Counted from the stretch's first letter, positions 24,973 through 39,114 are shown. The stretch: DNA of 64,000 nt from Rhina ancylostomus (GCA_030265395.1 JARFYF010000002.1:57081372-57145371); one strand, 5' to 3'. The notes: a model not told the origin generated them from the letters alone. Numbers and translations: made by a program.

Positions 24973-26389
24973 CCTGAAACTTTGACCTTTGCAAAGTCAT
25001 TTTTATTAAAATGGTTTTAGTCATCAAGATGTTATCTTGGTCCTTGTGTGGTATATTACCAATCTTCTTGCGTCACCATATTATTTCCTTTGCACACACA
25101 AACTGTAATGATGTTAAATTACTGATTTGTGTAATAGATAGCTTTATTCCAGACTTTCCAAGAACAATTCTGAGATCCTCTATGCAAAAGTTGCATATCT
25201 CAACAGTTTTATCCGTTAGACAGAATTTTGAACAAAAATTTCCAAAACTGACTCATCCAGCAATTCCATCATACGAAAGTTACAAATGAAAAATATTTTG
25301 GATGCTGGAAGATTGGTATAAAAAACCCCAACAGATTAAGTAAGATTAGAGGAGAAAGAAAGTGTTAATGTTTGAGGTCAGTGACTTCTCATTAGAACTG
25401 ATGACCTCCTGATGTTACTAATCTGCTGCATATTTCTAGCACTTTGTATTTTTAATCCAGGAGTTACTCTAAGAAGACCTGTTAATTCTTTACCTGATTG
25501 GAAATGTAAGAAAATGATACATGGTACTTTTAAGCTTTGGTAGAGATGCAGTACTTCTGTGGTTGGCCTTGTCCTTCTTGTGAGCCCCTAGAAAAGAGTA
25601 AAAATCAGGGGCTATCCAACTTTGGAATTACAAAGAAGTTTTGGCTACTTATTTCAAATATTCATGCTCCTTAATTTTAAGAAATATTTAATGTATTATT
25701 TTAGAACAATATTTATGTTTGTGAACTTGGAGTTCTACTTCAAGTAAAAATATATTTATTTATGCAGAAAAGTGATATAGCTTAAAAGCAATTTGTTACA
25801 ATCGTCTGGTTTCTCTGCATGGTGGTCCTTGGTGTTAATGGCTCACAAAATCTTTTTCAATCATGGTGTCACTCATTAGAGAGGTTTTTTGGAATTTTAA
25901 TTAGCATAAGAAGTTAAACTCCAGTGAGATATCACACTCACTTTCATTTCCAAACATCTAAAACTTAATAGGGAAGCACCTTCCCTAACATGGCTGTGGT
26001 TCAAGGTTCTCCTTGACACTGTTTACTGGCACATTAATCAGTGTAAGTCCGCTGTTGTATTAAAACTTCTAAGTATTTACCAGCAGGACCTTGATTGGAA
26101 ATGCCTGCAGACACTGAGAAGCATGGGTCTCCACCACACAAATTTTAACTCAACTGGTTTTTTTACCAGAATGCATGCACTGTATCCAGATGAATGGTTT
26201 GCTTCAAGACTGCAGGATATGTTGATTTTTATCAATGGGTATCTAAGGTGCTTTGTAATAGGACCAGAAGCAATGAGAAAAAGGTTAGGCAGCATATCAT
26301 CCTGTGATATCTGCATTACATAGCCTAAAATAATGCTAGAATCAATTTCAGTCATAACTTTCAGAAGTGAATTGGGCAAGGACATGATT

Positions 26390-28590
26390 TTATTGTGGCA
26401 TAGATGGAGGTCATTTGGCCCATCATTGACAGCTCGCTGTAGACCAAGTCACACTCTCTTCCTGACATTTATTTTCCTTCAAATGCCTAACCGGTTTCCT
26501 TGTAAAGGCTCTGATTGACTGTTTCCACCACTCTGAGTTACAAATCATACACACTTGAAAAGTTTTTTCTCACATCATTTCAAAATCTTTTGCCTGTCAC
26601 TAAACCCTTATGGTCTCTTATCATATCTCATCTCAACCTTCTTTGCTGCAAGCTGAACAGCCCCAGCTTCTCAATTTTCACCTTGCATCTGAAATCCCTC
26701 ATGCCTGGTAAATCTTCTGTGTGACCACATTAAGAACTCATACACTTCCTAAAGCGCCCAGAATTGGATACAATGTGTCCTGAACATTATTTTACAGAAG
26801 TTCAACATAAGTTCCCTGGTTTTGTGCTCTTTGCCAAATAATAGGTAACCCAGGTAACACAAGTGTCACTGACTAGTCTTCAAGGATTTGTATACATCCA
26901 GGCCCCTACACACTTTGGAATTGTGCCATTAAGACCTTATTGAATATCCTCAATCTTTCTGTCAAAGTGAATCACTACACACTTTCCTATTAAATGTTAT
27001 CATTCAGTTGTCCAGCCTACCTTCTTATAGTCTATTGTAATCCTTCTGTTTCTGATAAATTTTTGTATCATGTGCAAATTGTGAAATGTTGCGATGTACA
27101 CCCATATACAAGCATTAATATTACTCCAAAAGAAAACATTGGCNNNNNNNNNNNNNNNNNNNNNNNNNNNNNNNNNNNNNNNNNNNNNNNNNNNNNNNNN
27201 NNNNNNNNNNNNNNNNNNNNNNNNNNNNNNNNNNNNNNNNNNNCATTAATATTACTCCAAAAGAAAACATTGGCCCCGGCACATCTCTGGAGAACACCCC
27301 TTCCTTCATTATATAAAAATATTTTCCATAACTCTGCTCTCTGTCCTTCAGCCAATTCCTTATTCATGCTGCCTTTGATCCTTTTATAGCATGATCTAAA
27401 TTTGGCAAGCAAGCCTTGTGTGGGACTTCAGCAAACGTTTTTGGATCAAATTTCTCCATCGACTTCCTATGAGCTCATCAAAATATGTAATCAAGTTAAT
27501 CAGAAACTATTTGCCTTTTAATATATCTATGCATGCTTGTCTTTTTTAACTCAAACTTCTCCAAGTGTTAATTGTATTTTTCCCTGATTATTGTTGAAGT
27601 TAAACTGAGTGGCCTTTTGTTACAAGGCTCTTCCTTGCACCTCTTTCTGATTCAGGGTTTCATATTTGCTATTCTTCAGTCCTCTGGAAGATGTGAGGAT
27701 GATGGTATACTCATATGCGATTTCCACCTCCACTTACCTCCTTGGTGAAATTGGCTTAGTTAAAGCATGAGCAGCCTGTCTATTATCTACTCTTTGTCAA
27801 TTTTCACTTCATCATTCTTTCTACTACTTCGATGAGAAAGGTTTGGCAGGATCTTCTTCTTTGGTTTTAAAGAAAAATGAGCTTCTCATTTATCTCCATG
27901 CAATATACTTTTTTGACCCATAATTGGTGCTACCCCTTCTTACCAATTATATAGCCGNNNNNNNNNNNNNNNNNNNNNNNNNNNNNNNNNNNNNNNNNNN
28001 NNNNNNNNNNNNNNNNNNNNNNNNNNNNNNNNNNNNNNNNNNNNNNNNNNNNNNNNNCCCATAATTGGTGCTACCCCTTCTTACTAATTATATAGCCGTC
28101 GCTGACTTTTGGGTTCCCTTTTATGCTGCTGACAAGTCTGTTCTCAGTCGCAGTCTACTTTTGCTTTTCACCTCCCTGCTCCTGTTCACTATATTCATCT
28201 TGGTTCTCATTTGAATTATTCGCCCACTTTATTTATTTCATTGTAATCACCATATTTGTCAAGTAGAGCCCTCTGGCTTTTGTTTCCCCTGTGTTTCCTG
28301 CTTATGAGAATATACCTGTTCTGCATCTGAAACATCACTGTTGTTCTGTGAAACTTGGGTTGCACTTTATCCTGCTCAGATCCCCTCTCATCTGATTCTA
28401 CTTTAGATTGCTCCTTGCCTCTCTTTACAAACAGTGAAAACCTAATGATCTAATGATTACTGATCCACAAAAGATAGCCCACAATGACTTAGTCCATAAG
28501 GCCTACTTCATTTTCCCAACCGGAATCAGCAATGCCTCTTTCCTTGTTGGGCTTAAAACAAACTACCCCAGGAAACTTTCCTGATGGTAT
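26390..28590 (-). mobile_element. Degenerate CR1 LINE ORF2 and 3' end
   Basis: Reverse-complement motifs for CIQFW (26757-26775), GVLQRCAGA (GVPQGSVLG-like, about 27275-27300), RPLSLT (about 27595-27615) and EALLIPVG (about 28515-28540). Confidence 0.7.
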
Positions 28591-28654
28591 GAAGTTCTTC
28601 TTTCCAGATTACTGCAGCATTATTGAATGAGAAGCAGATGCTGAATTATGAGGA

Positions 28655-29030
28655 AAGATTAAGATCAGCTTATTGTCATATACACCAGGGTGCAATGAAA
28701 TTCGTGGCTCACGTGAAACACACAGAGTAAACAGTACACATTGGTAATAATAAATGCAACAATAAATGCAGTAATGAATGCAAAGCCACAAAGTTGCAAA
28801 GATTGTAGTGCAGTCTGAAGTAGCGCAAAAAGAAATGCGTAAGTGATGATAATGGAATTAATAGTGGAGGTAGAATTAAGAGTCCGAGAATGTGGCAACA
28901 CCACAGGGAACATGATGTAAAAGAGGTGATTGGTTCATAAGTCTGACAGCAGTGGAGAAGAAGCTGTTCATAATTCTGGCTGTGCAGGCTTTCAAGCTCC
29001 TGTATCTTCTCCCAGAAAGAACTGGGAATG
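28655..29030 (-). mobile_element. Rex1/Babar-like LINE 3' end
   Basis: Minus ORF contains PVLSGRRYRSLKACTARIMNSFFSTAVRLMN and a 3' tail ...gtatatgacaataa. Confidence 0.75.
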
Positions 29031-31213
29031 GAACAATAGGGAACTTCATAAAAGAGCCAACACAATCAGGTTGGACCAAATGGCTTCCCGAATGTGCTGG
29101 ATGGTTTGGTGCATTTTCCAGAATGTAAATTTGTTTATTTTCGTGAGCCACATGCATGATACAGCAGGTACTCTGAAGAGATTGGGGAAGGGCTATTAAG
29201 TTCAGCGACAGAAATTTGGAGTGTTGGCATCCTGTCCCTATCACAAGAGACCCTTGCACTCTTCCAAATTTGGCTGTACGTTTGTGATAAACATATTAGC
29301 TGAGGCCAAGCCCTGTCTTGCAATGACTTCAGTAATATCATTGTAATCTGATTGCTCAAACAGGATCATAGATTTATTCACAAGAAAAGCAAATGGTAAG
29401 TCGAATGCCTGCGCTGTTACTTCCATCTTTGATTTACTTTATCTTGAAACCTTATTGCAAAGTTTTGTTTACTGTCATCAACAGCCTGAAAATGATTTCT
29501 AATTACTAATTTATTTCAGAAAATTTCTTTTTAATGTTTCTCATACTTTTCTACAGCGGGGTGTTCAGCTCAGTCAGAGATCACAGTTGCTTTTTTGTGA
29601 ACACAGGTGGTTTCAGTGTGTTAGACTTCTGTTCCTTAGGGCACAGAAATTAAATGGTGAGTTAATCAAGGTTTTTAAGATTTTGAAAGAATTTAAAGGA
29701 TGTAAAGGAAGATATTTTTTTCTGCAATGAAACATAATGGATCCAGGGAACATCCATTCAGATTTGGAAACAGTTCTTTATGTAAATTGTGATAGACATG
29801 TTGAACTTCCCAAAAGCAGCAGATGCCAGCTGAATTTAATAATAAGTGCTGTCTGTCAGTTTGTTCAGCTCTTTGGTGTGTGTGGTTCATTTTTGCCTGC
29901 ACAACTACCCCACTTCCATGTCACCTTTAAAATGTGGAAGGTCACAAGAGTGGGGTAGCTGTGCATGCTTTGGTGCAAGGGAACGAGCTAGATCCAGTCA
30001 ATTTTCTGCTGATCGAACAGATAAGTTCAAACTAATGAGGGGGTTGCTGATGTGTTCAATTAGGCCCAATATATATCCCTTTGAGTAACGGTTGTAAAAG
30101 TAAATGTCAATGTGCTGAGCCATTGTTCCATAACTGTGTGAGATCTTGAGCAGGTTGTCCTTTTACAGCTGGAATCTGGGCACTCCATGAGATGCCAAGA
30201 AACACACATATGGAATCAGCACAGAAAGATATGTGCTTGTGCAGACTCTGAAAGAGCTGACAGTTGGCAACTTTAACCTCATTTTACACTAATATTTATT
30301 TTGCAAAACAGAATGCAGCATGATTGCACTTAATCTTAAACCTCACCCGGCCAATTCTGGGTATGATTTTAGTTTTGCTTATAACCAAAGAGGCAAGACT
30401 TGTTGAAGTGATGTATTTTTTAAAATTCTAGTTGCAAGTAAAATTACAGAGTTGGTAGTAGCTGTGTCAATAACCTTATCTTTCCTGCATAAAGCAATTA
30501 CAAAAGAAAAAAGTTTCTTAGTGAGTTGTCATATTGTTTACAGATCAATAATGTGTTAATGTCAAAATGATTTTTTTAGTTGTTATTTGTATTGAAAAAT
30601 GTCAACCATCCTTTGCATGTCTCAGCTAATTCTGCTGTCCTGCTCAGGAAGTGCTGCAGTGTCATCACTGGTGGGATGGTATAATTAGTAAAGGAGAAAT
30701 TCACTCGAGCAGATTCAACATGAAATCCACACAAGGATATATAATGTAAGCAGGAAATTGGAATTTGTGATTTTTCAAAGTGAAGACTAAATAATGGCAT
30801 GATGGAATGATACATAAAATCATTGTTCCTGTTTTATGATAAACCAAGAATACAGTATCTAGCAATGCATTTGCTCTTTTCCTGCCTGCATTCAAAATAT
30901 TTGCCAATCCATTGAATGATGATTCGCTAGTGAATCCACAAACCGTACATTTCCCATTGTGTGGAACCAGTTAATAGAGCTGCTTAGCCTTGTCCATAGA
31001 GAATCCCCTCTGTCATGGATCACGCAGGTAGTAGTCAATATGCCCATATTCAAACCAAAAGTTTGATTATTGATCTTTGGTTGATTGGAATTCTCAATTA
31101 TTCTTTTGGTTTAATTTTGTTATAATGTGTTTGTTTTATTATGTGAATCATGTATGCTTTTATTTTATTTCTTTTGTTCTACTTTTTACTTTATTTACCT
31201 CCATTGTCACCAG

Positions 31214-31303
31214 GTTACAGTACGGCCTGGACATGGCTAACCGGCTGGCTGATGAACACGATCTGATAGCAGTCTATGTGAGCCGGCTGCAGAATGGCAC
31301 ACG
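31214..31303 (+). CDS. DTNB: DTNB coding exon (90 nt, phase 2-2), first syntrophin-binding-site module, probably alternatively spliced
   Basis: Acceptor tcaccag|G after a long U-rich tract, donor ACG|gttagt. Translates LQYGLDMANRLADEHDLIAVYVSRLQNGT(R), containing the LADEHxLIxxYV syntrophin-binding motif. Frame-preserving if skipped. Confidence 0.93.
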
Positions 31304-33084
31304 GTTAGTGTTTGTTGAGTTCAATGTAGAGCTATACTGAGGAAATAAGTTTCTGAAATCTTGAAAACACAGCTCAGTTGGAATGACTGAAATCCAACTT
31401 TTGAGGGTAGGCATATGAGTGATCCAAGACCATCTGAATTCCTCATTAAGAATCTATGATCTACGAGCATGATTTCTGTATGCTTCAAACTAATAGCATT
31501 CCTTGCTGCGGTTTTGTGCATAAATGAGATTCTGTTGAACTGCATGAAGCATGACATAGTCTTTCTCAGTTAAATTTAAGAGTTCCAAGGAAAACCAGGC
31601 CGTGCCTCTTGATCTTGCTGTTATAGAACACTTTGACTTGTCGTTTGCCAAAAACCTTTATGATAATCTGTTGTGTGAGGAGCCTTGAAATGGTCCATCA
31701 CCAACATGTTAATGAGGAAAAAAATCATTTTTATGAGGAACAGCATTTCACACACGACCAGGTGACATTTAGGGTTTTCAGCCAACTGTTGTATTGGGTG
31801 TATTTTTGATTCGGATTCTCTAGCACTGCTTCAATGTTCCAGGCATCGAAACTTGGACATCAACACATAATCCAATTTAGCACTCAATCAAATTCCTCAG
31901 CATGCAGTAAAATGCAGTGGAAAATAAAATAGGTGTGTCAAGAAAAATATTCAGAGCTGTCTGATTCTGCATTTTGTCCGTAATTTTTTAGTTCTTGATA
32001 TGAACATAAGGATATATTAATTTTAATTGGCACTCAGTTCTTCAGACATTTTAAAAAAAGTAAGAGCAAGGTAGCTATAAAGCACACATCAGTTTTCTTC
32101 AGTGGTGTCTTCATCCATAATTGTCCTATTTCAATCTGGATGACCCTTTCCATTTTTGAATTCCTGCATTGTTTGGCACCACACTGATTTTATGTTGCCA
32201 CATCTTGGATTTGGAATCTCCAAGAGAGCAAGAGGTGGTGTTGAGTCACTGTGGCACTTGTAATCTTCGAGGAACGATTCAACTGAGATTCGTTCCAGAG
32301 ATGAGCTTGTTTATGGAAGGTCATGTTTTTCCTTCCTGTAACATCATGGAGAACACTGCATGTGCACAGAGCAGATGTTCAGTTATTGCAAATGGTTCCA
32401 TCAAATTGCATACTTTATCCTGCATACTAGTCCCAATGCATCAATCAGGCAGGGTGGAAGAGATATGGTCTTCTGACTGTAAGGTTGGCTTTATGACCAG
32501 TATTAATTTTAGACTCCATTTGTTAAACAACAGCTAATAAATTTAAAAATCATTATCAGGCTACATATTAAAAGCAATATGACCTTCATGCAGTGTGATC
32601 TACATGTTCAGTACTAACATTTTCATGCAAATCAAGTAACTAGATGAACTGCCTAACCAATTCAGCAGATTATAATTATTAGGTCAGGACTGGACAAGGA
32701 CAAACCTTCAGAATGGTTGAATTAACTGGGTTGAATTGCCTGCTTCATCCATAATTATCCTTTGATCTTGTGCTGCAGGTTGTTTGGATCTTTCTGAACT
32801 GCCTCCTTCTCTCAGTACTCATTATTGTCTTGACCCATCATGTCTGCATTAGTCAGTTTGTAATTTATTGTTGGCACTGATGTGCAGCAGTTAGATTCAA
32901 AGTGAAAAGTTTAATATTTGACTAAAGCCCATTAGCATTAATACCGTTGGGTAAAATGAGTAAATCTTTCTCAGCTTAAAATTAACAAATCATTTCCAAA
33001 TTCCATTAGTTTATTACAAATAAATAGGAATCTTTGCTCATATTACTTCCTAAATTCCAATGAATACAGCCCTTATTTGTTAGC

Positions 33085-33240
33085 TTCTGTTTGGAATCAA
33101 GTTTACATATGGTTTATGCTGCACTCTCTTTAAAACCAATACATCTTTCCTAAGGTGTGGGGCTGAGAACTGATCACACAAGTCCAGATGTGGTCTCAAG
33201 GGTTGTGTGGAAAACAGTCTCTTGTCCTCTGTACCTAAAA
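33085..33240 (-). mobile_element. CR1 LINE fragment
   Basis: Reads LRPHLDLCDQFSAPHLRKDVLVLKRVQ, matching the CR1 consensus RPHLEYCVQFWSP.LRKD...LE.VQ. Confidence 0.75.
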
Positions 33241-34909
33241 GCCATTGCCTGCTGCAGTTGCACAAGAGGAACTACGTGTTCAGAGATTTAGTGCATGTGC
33301 TGGGCTGGAGTCAGTGACGCAAAACTACCTTCTTTGGGAATGTGACTGAAACTGAAGTCAGAGTCTCACCTAAGATCCACATTTGAAACTTGAATGTTGC
33401 CCAATTCTTTTTTTTTGTTTTGAAATTCTTGGTGTATAAGTGGTCAGGTTACTTTCTCTCAGGCTGGAACGAAATCAAGCCTGGCATCACTAAAAATAAC
33501 TGCAAGATCTTTCATTTAAAAAAAATGCAAACTACTTCAATTATTGCACAGAAATGTCAAAGTTCATCTGTACAGGGTACCCTGTGTTACAGGGGTTGGG
33601 GGGAGGGTTGCATTCTTGGGAAAACGGACCATATCACAATTTTCTGTAACATGAAGCCATGTCATCTGTGCAAACATAAAGAAGCACAAGTTGAATAAAA
33701 ATAAATTTTGGATTGATTTATTTAGTTTTCACACAAATTCTGTGAGAGTGAATTTTATTCCATATCACAAATTTTTCGGTAATGATTTGTCAATTCTTTA
33801 AGGGTGAATTTCCATTAACCTGGACTGCCATAACAGTGGGTTGCCTGCACTGTGAAGTGATTACAACATGAATAGAGGGAGGAATCTGATGCTGATTTTA
33901 AGCATGGTTACTTGAGCAGTTGGATTAAAACAAAGGAAGAGTACTTGATTTAAACCTTTGGATGAAACTGTAGATTCCAAGGAGATTTCAAAACTCTTCA
34001 ACTAAGTTTATTTTTTAGAAAAGCACACATTTAAGCTACAAGGTAATATACTTAAATGATATTGATTGTAACACTCAGCCAATTGGCTCTCAGTTTATCG
34101 CCACTTAACAAAGAGAGAGATACACATTTAAAATTTTGCTTAATTATTATGGCTTTATCAGCATGGAGTTGTTGAAGTTTGCATGAAGTTTTGTGTTATT
34201 TGATGCAACCATGTTACATGTAATTTTCAGTTTTATAATAAATTTGATTGTGATGTGATGCGGGAAGAAAGTAAAATGCTGCTCTGTGTCTGTGAAGTTG
34301 AGGTCCTGAGAATAAAACACAAGAGATTGCGGGGCGGAGGGTGGTGATGTTCGAGTCTGGGCCCAAATTGGCAAGAAATCTGTGTGCATTCTCTGTGTTT
34401 CTGTACTTTGCCCAGGTTTTAGAGGGTACAAACATGGTGACAGTCAGTGTCATCAAAATGTGTTAACATTGACCATTTGGCCCAACTTTGNNNNNNNNNN
34501 NNNNNNNNNNNNNNNNNNNNNNNNNNNNNNNNNNNNNNNNNNNNNNNNNNNNNNNNNNNNNNNNNNNNNNNNNNNNNNNNNNNNNNNNNNNNNNNNNNNN
34601 NNNNNNNNNNNNNNNNNNNNNNNNNNNNNNNNNNNNNNNNNNNNNNNNNNNNNNNNNNNNNNNNNNNNNNNNNNNNNNNNNNNNNNNNNNNNNNNNNNNN
34701 NNNNNNNNNNNNNNNNNNNNNNNNNNNNNNNNNNNNNNNNNNNNNNNNNNNNNNNNNNNNNNNNNNNNNNNNNNNNNNNNNNNNNNNNNNNNNNNNNNNN
34801 NNNNNNNNNNNNNNNNNNNNNNNNNNNNNNNNNNNNNNNNNNNNNNNNNNNNNNNNNNNNNNNNNNNNNNNNNNNNNNNNNNNNNNNNNNNNNNNNNNNN
34901 NNNNNNNNN

Positions 34910-35252
34910 CATTCTCTCTTCTCCCCTCTCCCATTGGGCAAAAGATATAAAAGCCTGAAAGCACGTATCACCAGGCTCAAGGACAGCTTCACTCCTGCTG
35001 TTACGAGACTATTGAATGTTTCCCCCGTACAATAACATGGACCCTTGACCTCACAATCTACCTCATTTTGATCTTGCACATTGTCTACCTGCACTGCACG
35101 TTCTCTGTAGCTGTGACACTTTACTCTGCATTCTGTATTGTTTTACCTTGTACAATCTCAATGCACTATTGTAATGAATTGATCTATATGAACGGTATGC
35201 AAGATAAGTTCACTGTACCTCAGTACAAGTGACAGTAATAAACCAATTCCAA
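34910..35252 (+). mobile_element. Rex1/Babar-like LINE 3' end (relatively intact, 5' part in gap)
   Basis: HSLFSPLPLGKRYKSLKARITRLKDSFTPAVTRLLN followed by a 3' UTR ending gtgacagtaataaaccaattcc. Confidence 0.8.
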
Positions 35253-35865
35253 TCAAGGGAGAACTGATAATTGTGCAATTCTTAAAATATGTATTTGCCA
35301 GAAAATTCTGCTGCAGGTCTTGAATATGATATGATTGCCAAATTATAAAAGTGCTCTCAAATCATTCAGGTTCCATTTGGTGATTCAGTAATTAGTTCAT
35401 CTGAGAAAGTAATGCTGCATAATATTTTTGGTAAATGTTGCATATTTATGAAATGGCTTGCCATTTTGTATTATGAATTACTAAAAATAGATACACATAA
35501 TTTGTTGTTTTTCTGCCATCTCCCATCAGTCTGGTGCTTGAAGCATGAAAACATGAGGATTAAATTATTACCAGATTCAGTTATCTTAATTTTCAGAGTG
35601 GTGCTTATCTTAAAGAGTGAATACTACCTCCCTTTCCTGCCCGTTTGATCTCTTTAGGATGGAACAATTTGCAACATTGCTGTCCTCTGGTGTTTTTTGC
35701 CCTTTGATTTGCTGCAAGTTTTGAGATACAGAACCTAATATTTTTCAAGTAATTAAGTCCTAAACAAATTCTCCAACATTTGAAAATAGTCATGGAAATT
35801 GATATTTATCCTACCTTTTACAAATTGTGATAATAAATGAGACAGTGGTCCAGATTTCACAGTGA

Positions 35866-36810
35866 GAATAATGGTGAGGTGAACAGCATTCACTTTTATT
35901 CTGGAATAAATCTGACAGCAGCTTCCAGCATCTACTGTATGCCCGTGCAGTCAAAGGCAGAAATTCTTGTTGATATTCTGTTCTTTTTTAAGATTTACTA
36001 CACTGTTACAGTGCCTGGACACTCTGCATTTCACATACGTGTCATGGTCCGAAGTTTCACACTGGAAGCACAACAGGAAAAGATGGGACCTCTACATTCT
36101 GGTGTGAATGAATGCTTAAACCTTAATAAAGTTCAGGCCACTTAAGGTTAAACACGTTAAACCTTAATTATCTCCAAATTTTTCCTTTGGTCTTTAAATT
36201 TACTTTTAATACTGTGGTGTCTTATTTCTTTAGATTTCAATTCTTATAGTAATACTAAAAATTAAATTGTATGTTTCTTCCACTGTTGGAAATTATTTTT
36301 CCAAGGTTAGAAATGTCAAGTACTAGAGGACATGCACTTAAGGTGAGAGGGGGAAAGTGTAAAGGAGATGTGCAGGGTATGTTGTTTTTGCACAGAGATT
36401 GGTGGGTGCCTGGAATAGACTGCCAGGGGAAGTGGTGGAAGCAGATACAATAGCGGTTGAGGTAGTCATATGATTATACAGGGAATGGATCACATAGAGC
36501 CAGAGAGGATTTAGTTTAATTTGCATCATGTTCAGCACAGACATTGTAGGCTGAAAGGCCTGTTCCTGTTCTGTGTTATTTCTGTCTCATTTATCTATCT
36601 CTCAATTCCAGCTTTATTTCCTCTCTATTTTACTTTTTGTTCATAATTTTACAATGACATAACTATCTATATTTACACTTAATTATTCAGTCTCTACATC
36701 CTGGCAAGGTTTCTTGGTTGGTTGAAGAGATACCCCATTGCTTTCCCTTCATACAAGTCACATGTACCCGTTAGAAAAACAGAGCGCGTTCACTGCAAAA
36801 TGTAGACCAA
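35866..36810. mobile_element. Putative non-autonomous TIR element with a nested CR1 3' end
   Basis: Left end TGGTCCAGATTTCACAGTGA matches the reverse complement of the right end (TGGTCTACATTTTGCAGTGA) at 16 of 20 positions; AT-rich interior. Confidence 0.35.
36292..36578 (+). mobile_element. CR1 LINE 3' end
   Basis: FPRLEMSSTRGHALKVRGGKCKGDVQG followed by the tail ggctgaaaggcctgttcctgttctgtg. Confidence 0.85.
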
Positions 36811-38396
36811 TGTCACAAGAGAGAATTTGTTCATTTTATTGAGTGTGGTAATTTAAGAGCTAATATTAATTTTTATCTGTGGTATTGGTTAATTCATTGA
36901 AAGATGGCACATAGTCAAATATGTCCCAAAGATGTGCTGCTTGGTTGGTTATTTGGCTACTGAAAGTTGCCCTGCAGTTGGTGGATAGAAGTTGATGAGC
37001 AGTGAGAGAGAGGTGATAGGGAAGTGGGGGAATGGGACTGGGATGGAAATACTTTGAACCAATAGAGACTAGATTGGCAGACGTGGTGCAGGAAGTTTGC
37101 GAGGGCAGAGATGATGGACATGGAGAACTTGATGTGAGCTAGGAAATGGCAGCATGGTTTTGAAGGGCTAAAGTCTGTCGACAGTGGAAAATCAAATTGA
37201 GGAAGGAAGGTTGATGAGAAGAGCATTGGCAGGAGTTCAAAATGCTATTGCTAAATCTATGCATTTATTCATTCTACAAAATTCTATATTACCACCATCA
37301 TCACCAACCTGATAACATTTATGGAGCTGAATATTTGAAGGCTGGCAATTGTCCACCAATTGCATTGTTCCTTGCTTAGATGTGTGTGTTGAAACACAAC
37401 ATTACTTTGTATTCATCTCAAAACCAAATGCCTGAGAAGTCCACAGTGTCTGTTTCTCTGAGATGGAGTTGGCATTCTCTCTATATAAACTAAACCCAGA
37501 AGTTTTGGTGCAAAATCATTCAACTGCAACCTGTAAGCACAAGATCTGTTATATTTTAACTATTTTTGTAACAAGGGGCATTGACCAGTTGAGTTATGTA
37601 AACCAAATAAGATGGAGGTTACCTACCAACAACAAGCTTAAGATGGTGTGACTGGTGCAGAACTGGATGGAGTGCTGTTGTCCAGTGTGGAATGTAGCCT
37701 TGACTCCAGTATCTGATAGCTAATTCTTCCATCATTGTTTGGCTTCATTGCATTCTTCCAGACTTGACATCATAGAGTGGGTTCAGCCCCAAGATAATGT
37801 GTAGACAATAACTTACTTTGAAGAACTGATAAGCTTACTTCATTAAGCATAACATAGTTCCCTCAAATTATTCCAAACCAAGTAGTTAAAAAATGTTGCT
37901 AAAAAGTTTAGTAATGTGAACTTGCCTCATGATATCAGTTTTGCACATGTAAGAAAAGGAATAACTTTGTCGTAAACCAAATCTGCTCTCAAAATTACAC
38001 AAATTCAATTGTTTCATAAAACACTAAGGCAGAGCTAAACTTACTAAGTCTTATAACTGTTGGGGAGTTTTTAAAGACTTTCTTTTATTGCTGCCTTTTG
38101 ATTTGACAAATTACCCAAATCTAGTTTTAAGTAGTTTACAGTTTTGCCATTACAAGAGGATCAAATTTTATCAAACCCCATTCTCTCTGGATTTTGAATA
38201 TAAGTATATTCCTCAGTTAGAGTTTGCTGGGTTCATAACGTGTTGTTGGTTTGTCGTGAGCCATTAATAACAGAGTGAAAGACGATTTGAATTTCTGACT
38301 AACTATTAGTTCTTCATTCTGCTTGTCCAGTGGGCTGCTTAAAAATATGGTTAATTTCTGAAAGATTGTATTTTAATTTGAATTTATTTCTAGCAG

Positions 38397-38484
38397 TGTC
38401 CTGGACAGTCCGAGCAGACTGGATGAAGAACACAGGCTGATTGCCAGGTATGCTGCCAGGTTGGCTGCAGAAGCTGGAAACACA
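38397..38484 (+). CDS. DTNB: DTNB coding exon (88 nt, or 91 nt from 38394), constitutive syntrophin-binding site
   Basis: Acceptor tttctagcag|T, donor ACA|gtaagt. Translates [29 protein letters not shown]. Confidence 0.95.
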
Positions 38485-38679
38485 GTAAGTTGCACAGCCT
38501 TTCTCATTTTACTTTTCCTGTTCTTGGCACCCAACATCCAATAAATAACAACCCTTTACATTGAAAGATGAGGAGGTTATTGTCGGGTGCAGAATAATAG
38601 ACGTGTGTCTTGATTTTTGATTTTCAGTACAGTCTGATAGAGTTTATTAATGCTGGTTATAAGACTGGAATAATGTAAG

Positions 38680-38968
38680 AGAAGATAACTTTGTTGGTCA
38701 CATGTACATCAAAACACTGTGAAATGCATCTTTTGCTAAGAGTGTTCTGGGGGAAGCCCATAAGTGTTGCCACACTTCCGCCGCCAATGTAGCATACCCA
38801 CGACTTCCTAACCCGTACGTCTTTGGAATGTGGGAGGAAACTGGAGCACCCAGAGTAAACCCACACAGATGTGGGGAGAATGTACAAACTCCTTACAGAC
38901 AGTGGTCAGAATTGAATCCAGGACGCTGGTGCTGTGAAGTGTTACGCGAACTGCTACACGATCATGCC
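38680..38968 (-). mobile_element. HE1/V-SINE-like tRNA-derived SINE
   Basis: Minus strand has A/B-box-like gtgtagcagtt...ggattcaattc and the V-domain tgggtttactctgggtgctccagtttcctcccaca. Confidence 0.8.
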
Positions 38969-39114
38969 TGCTCAATTCAATGTCATTGAATTTTTGATTA
39001 TCAGTAAGATTTTCAAAGAAAATGTTGCACATGTTGGGATTAATTGAATTCATCAGAACATTTGTCTGAACTCAAAAGTAGTATCATGGGTTTGAAATGT
39101 CTCCTGAGCAGCTT

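Noticed and set aside
38890-38968. tRNA-like A/B boxes here and at 41310-41380 and 1520-1580
   Set aside because: They are SINE heads attached to V-domain or Deu-like bodies and LINE-type tails, not tRNA genes.
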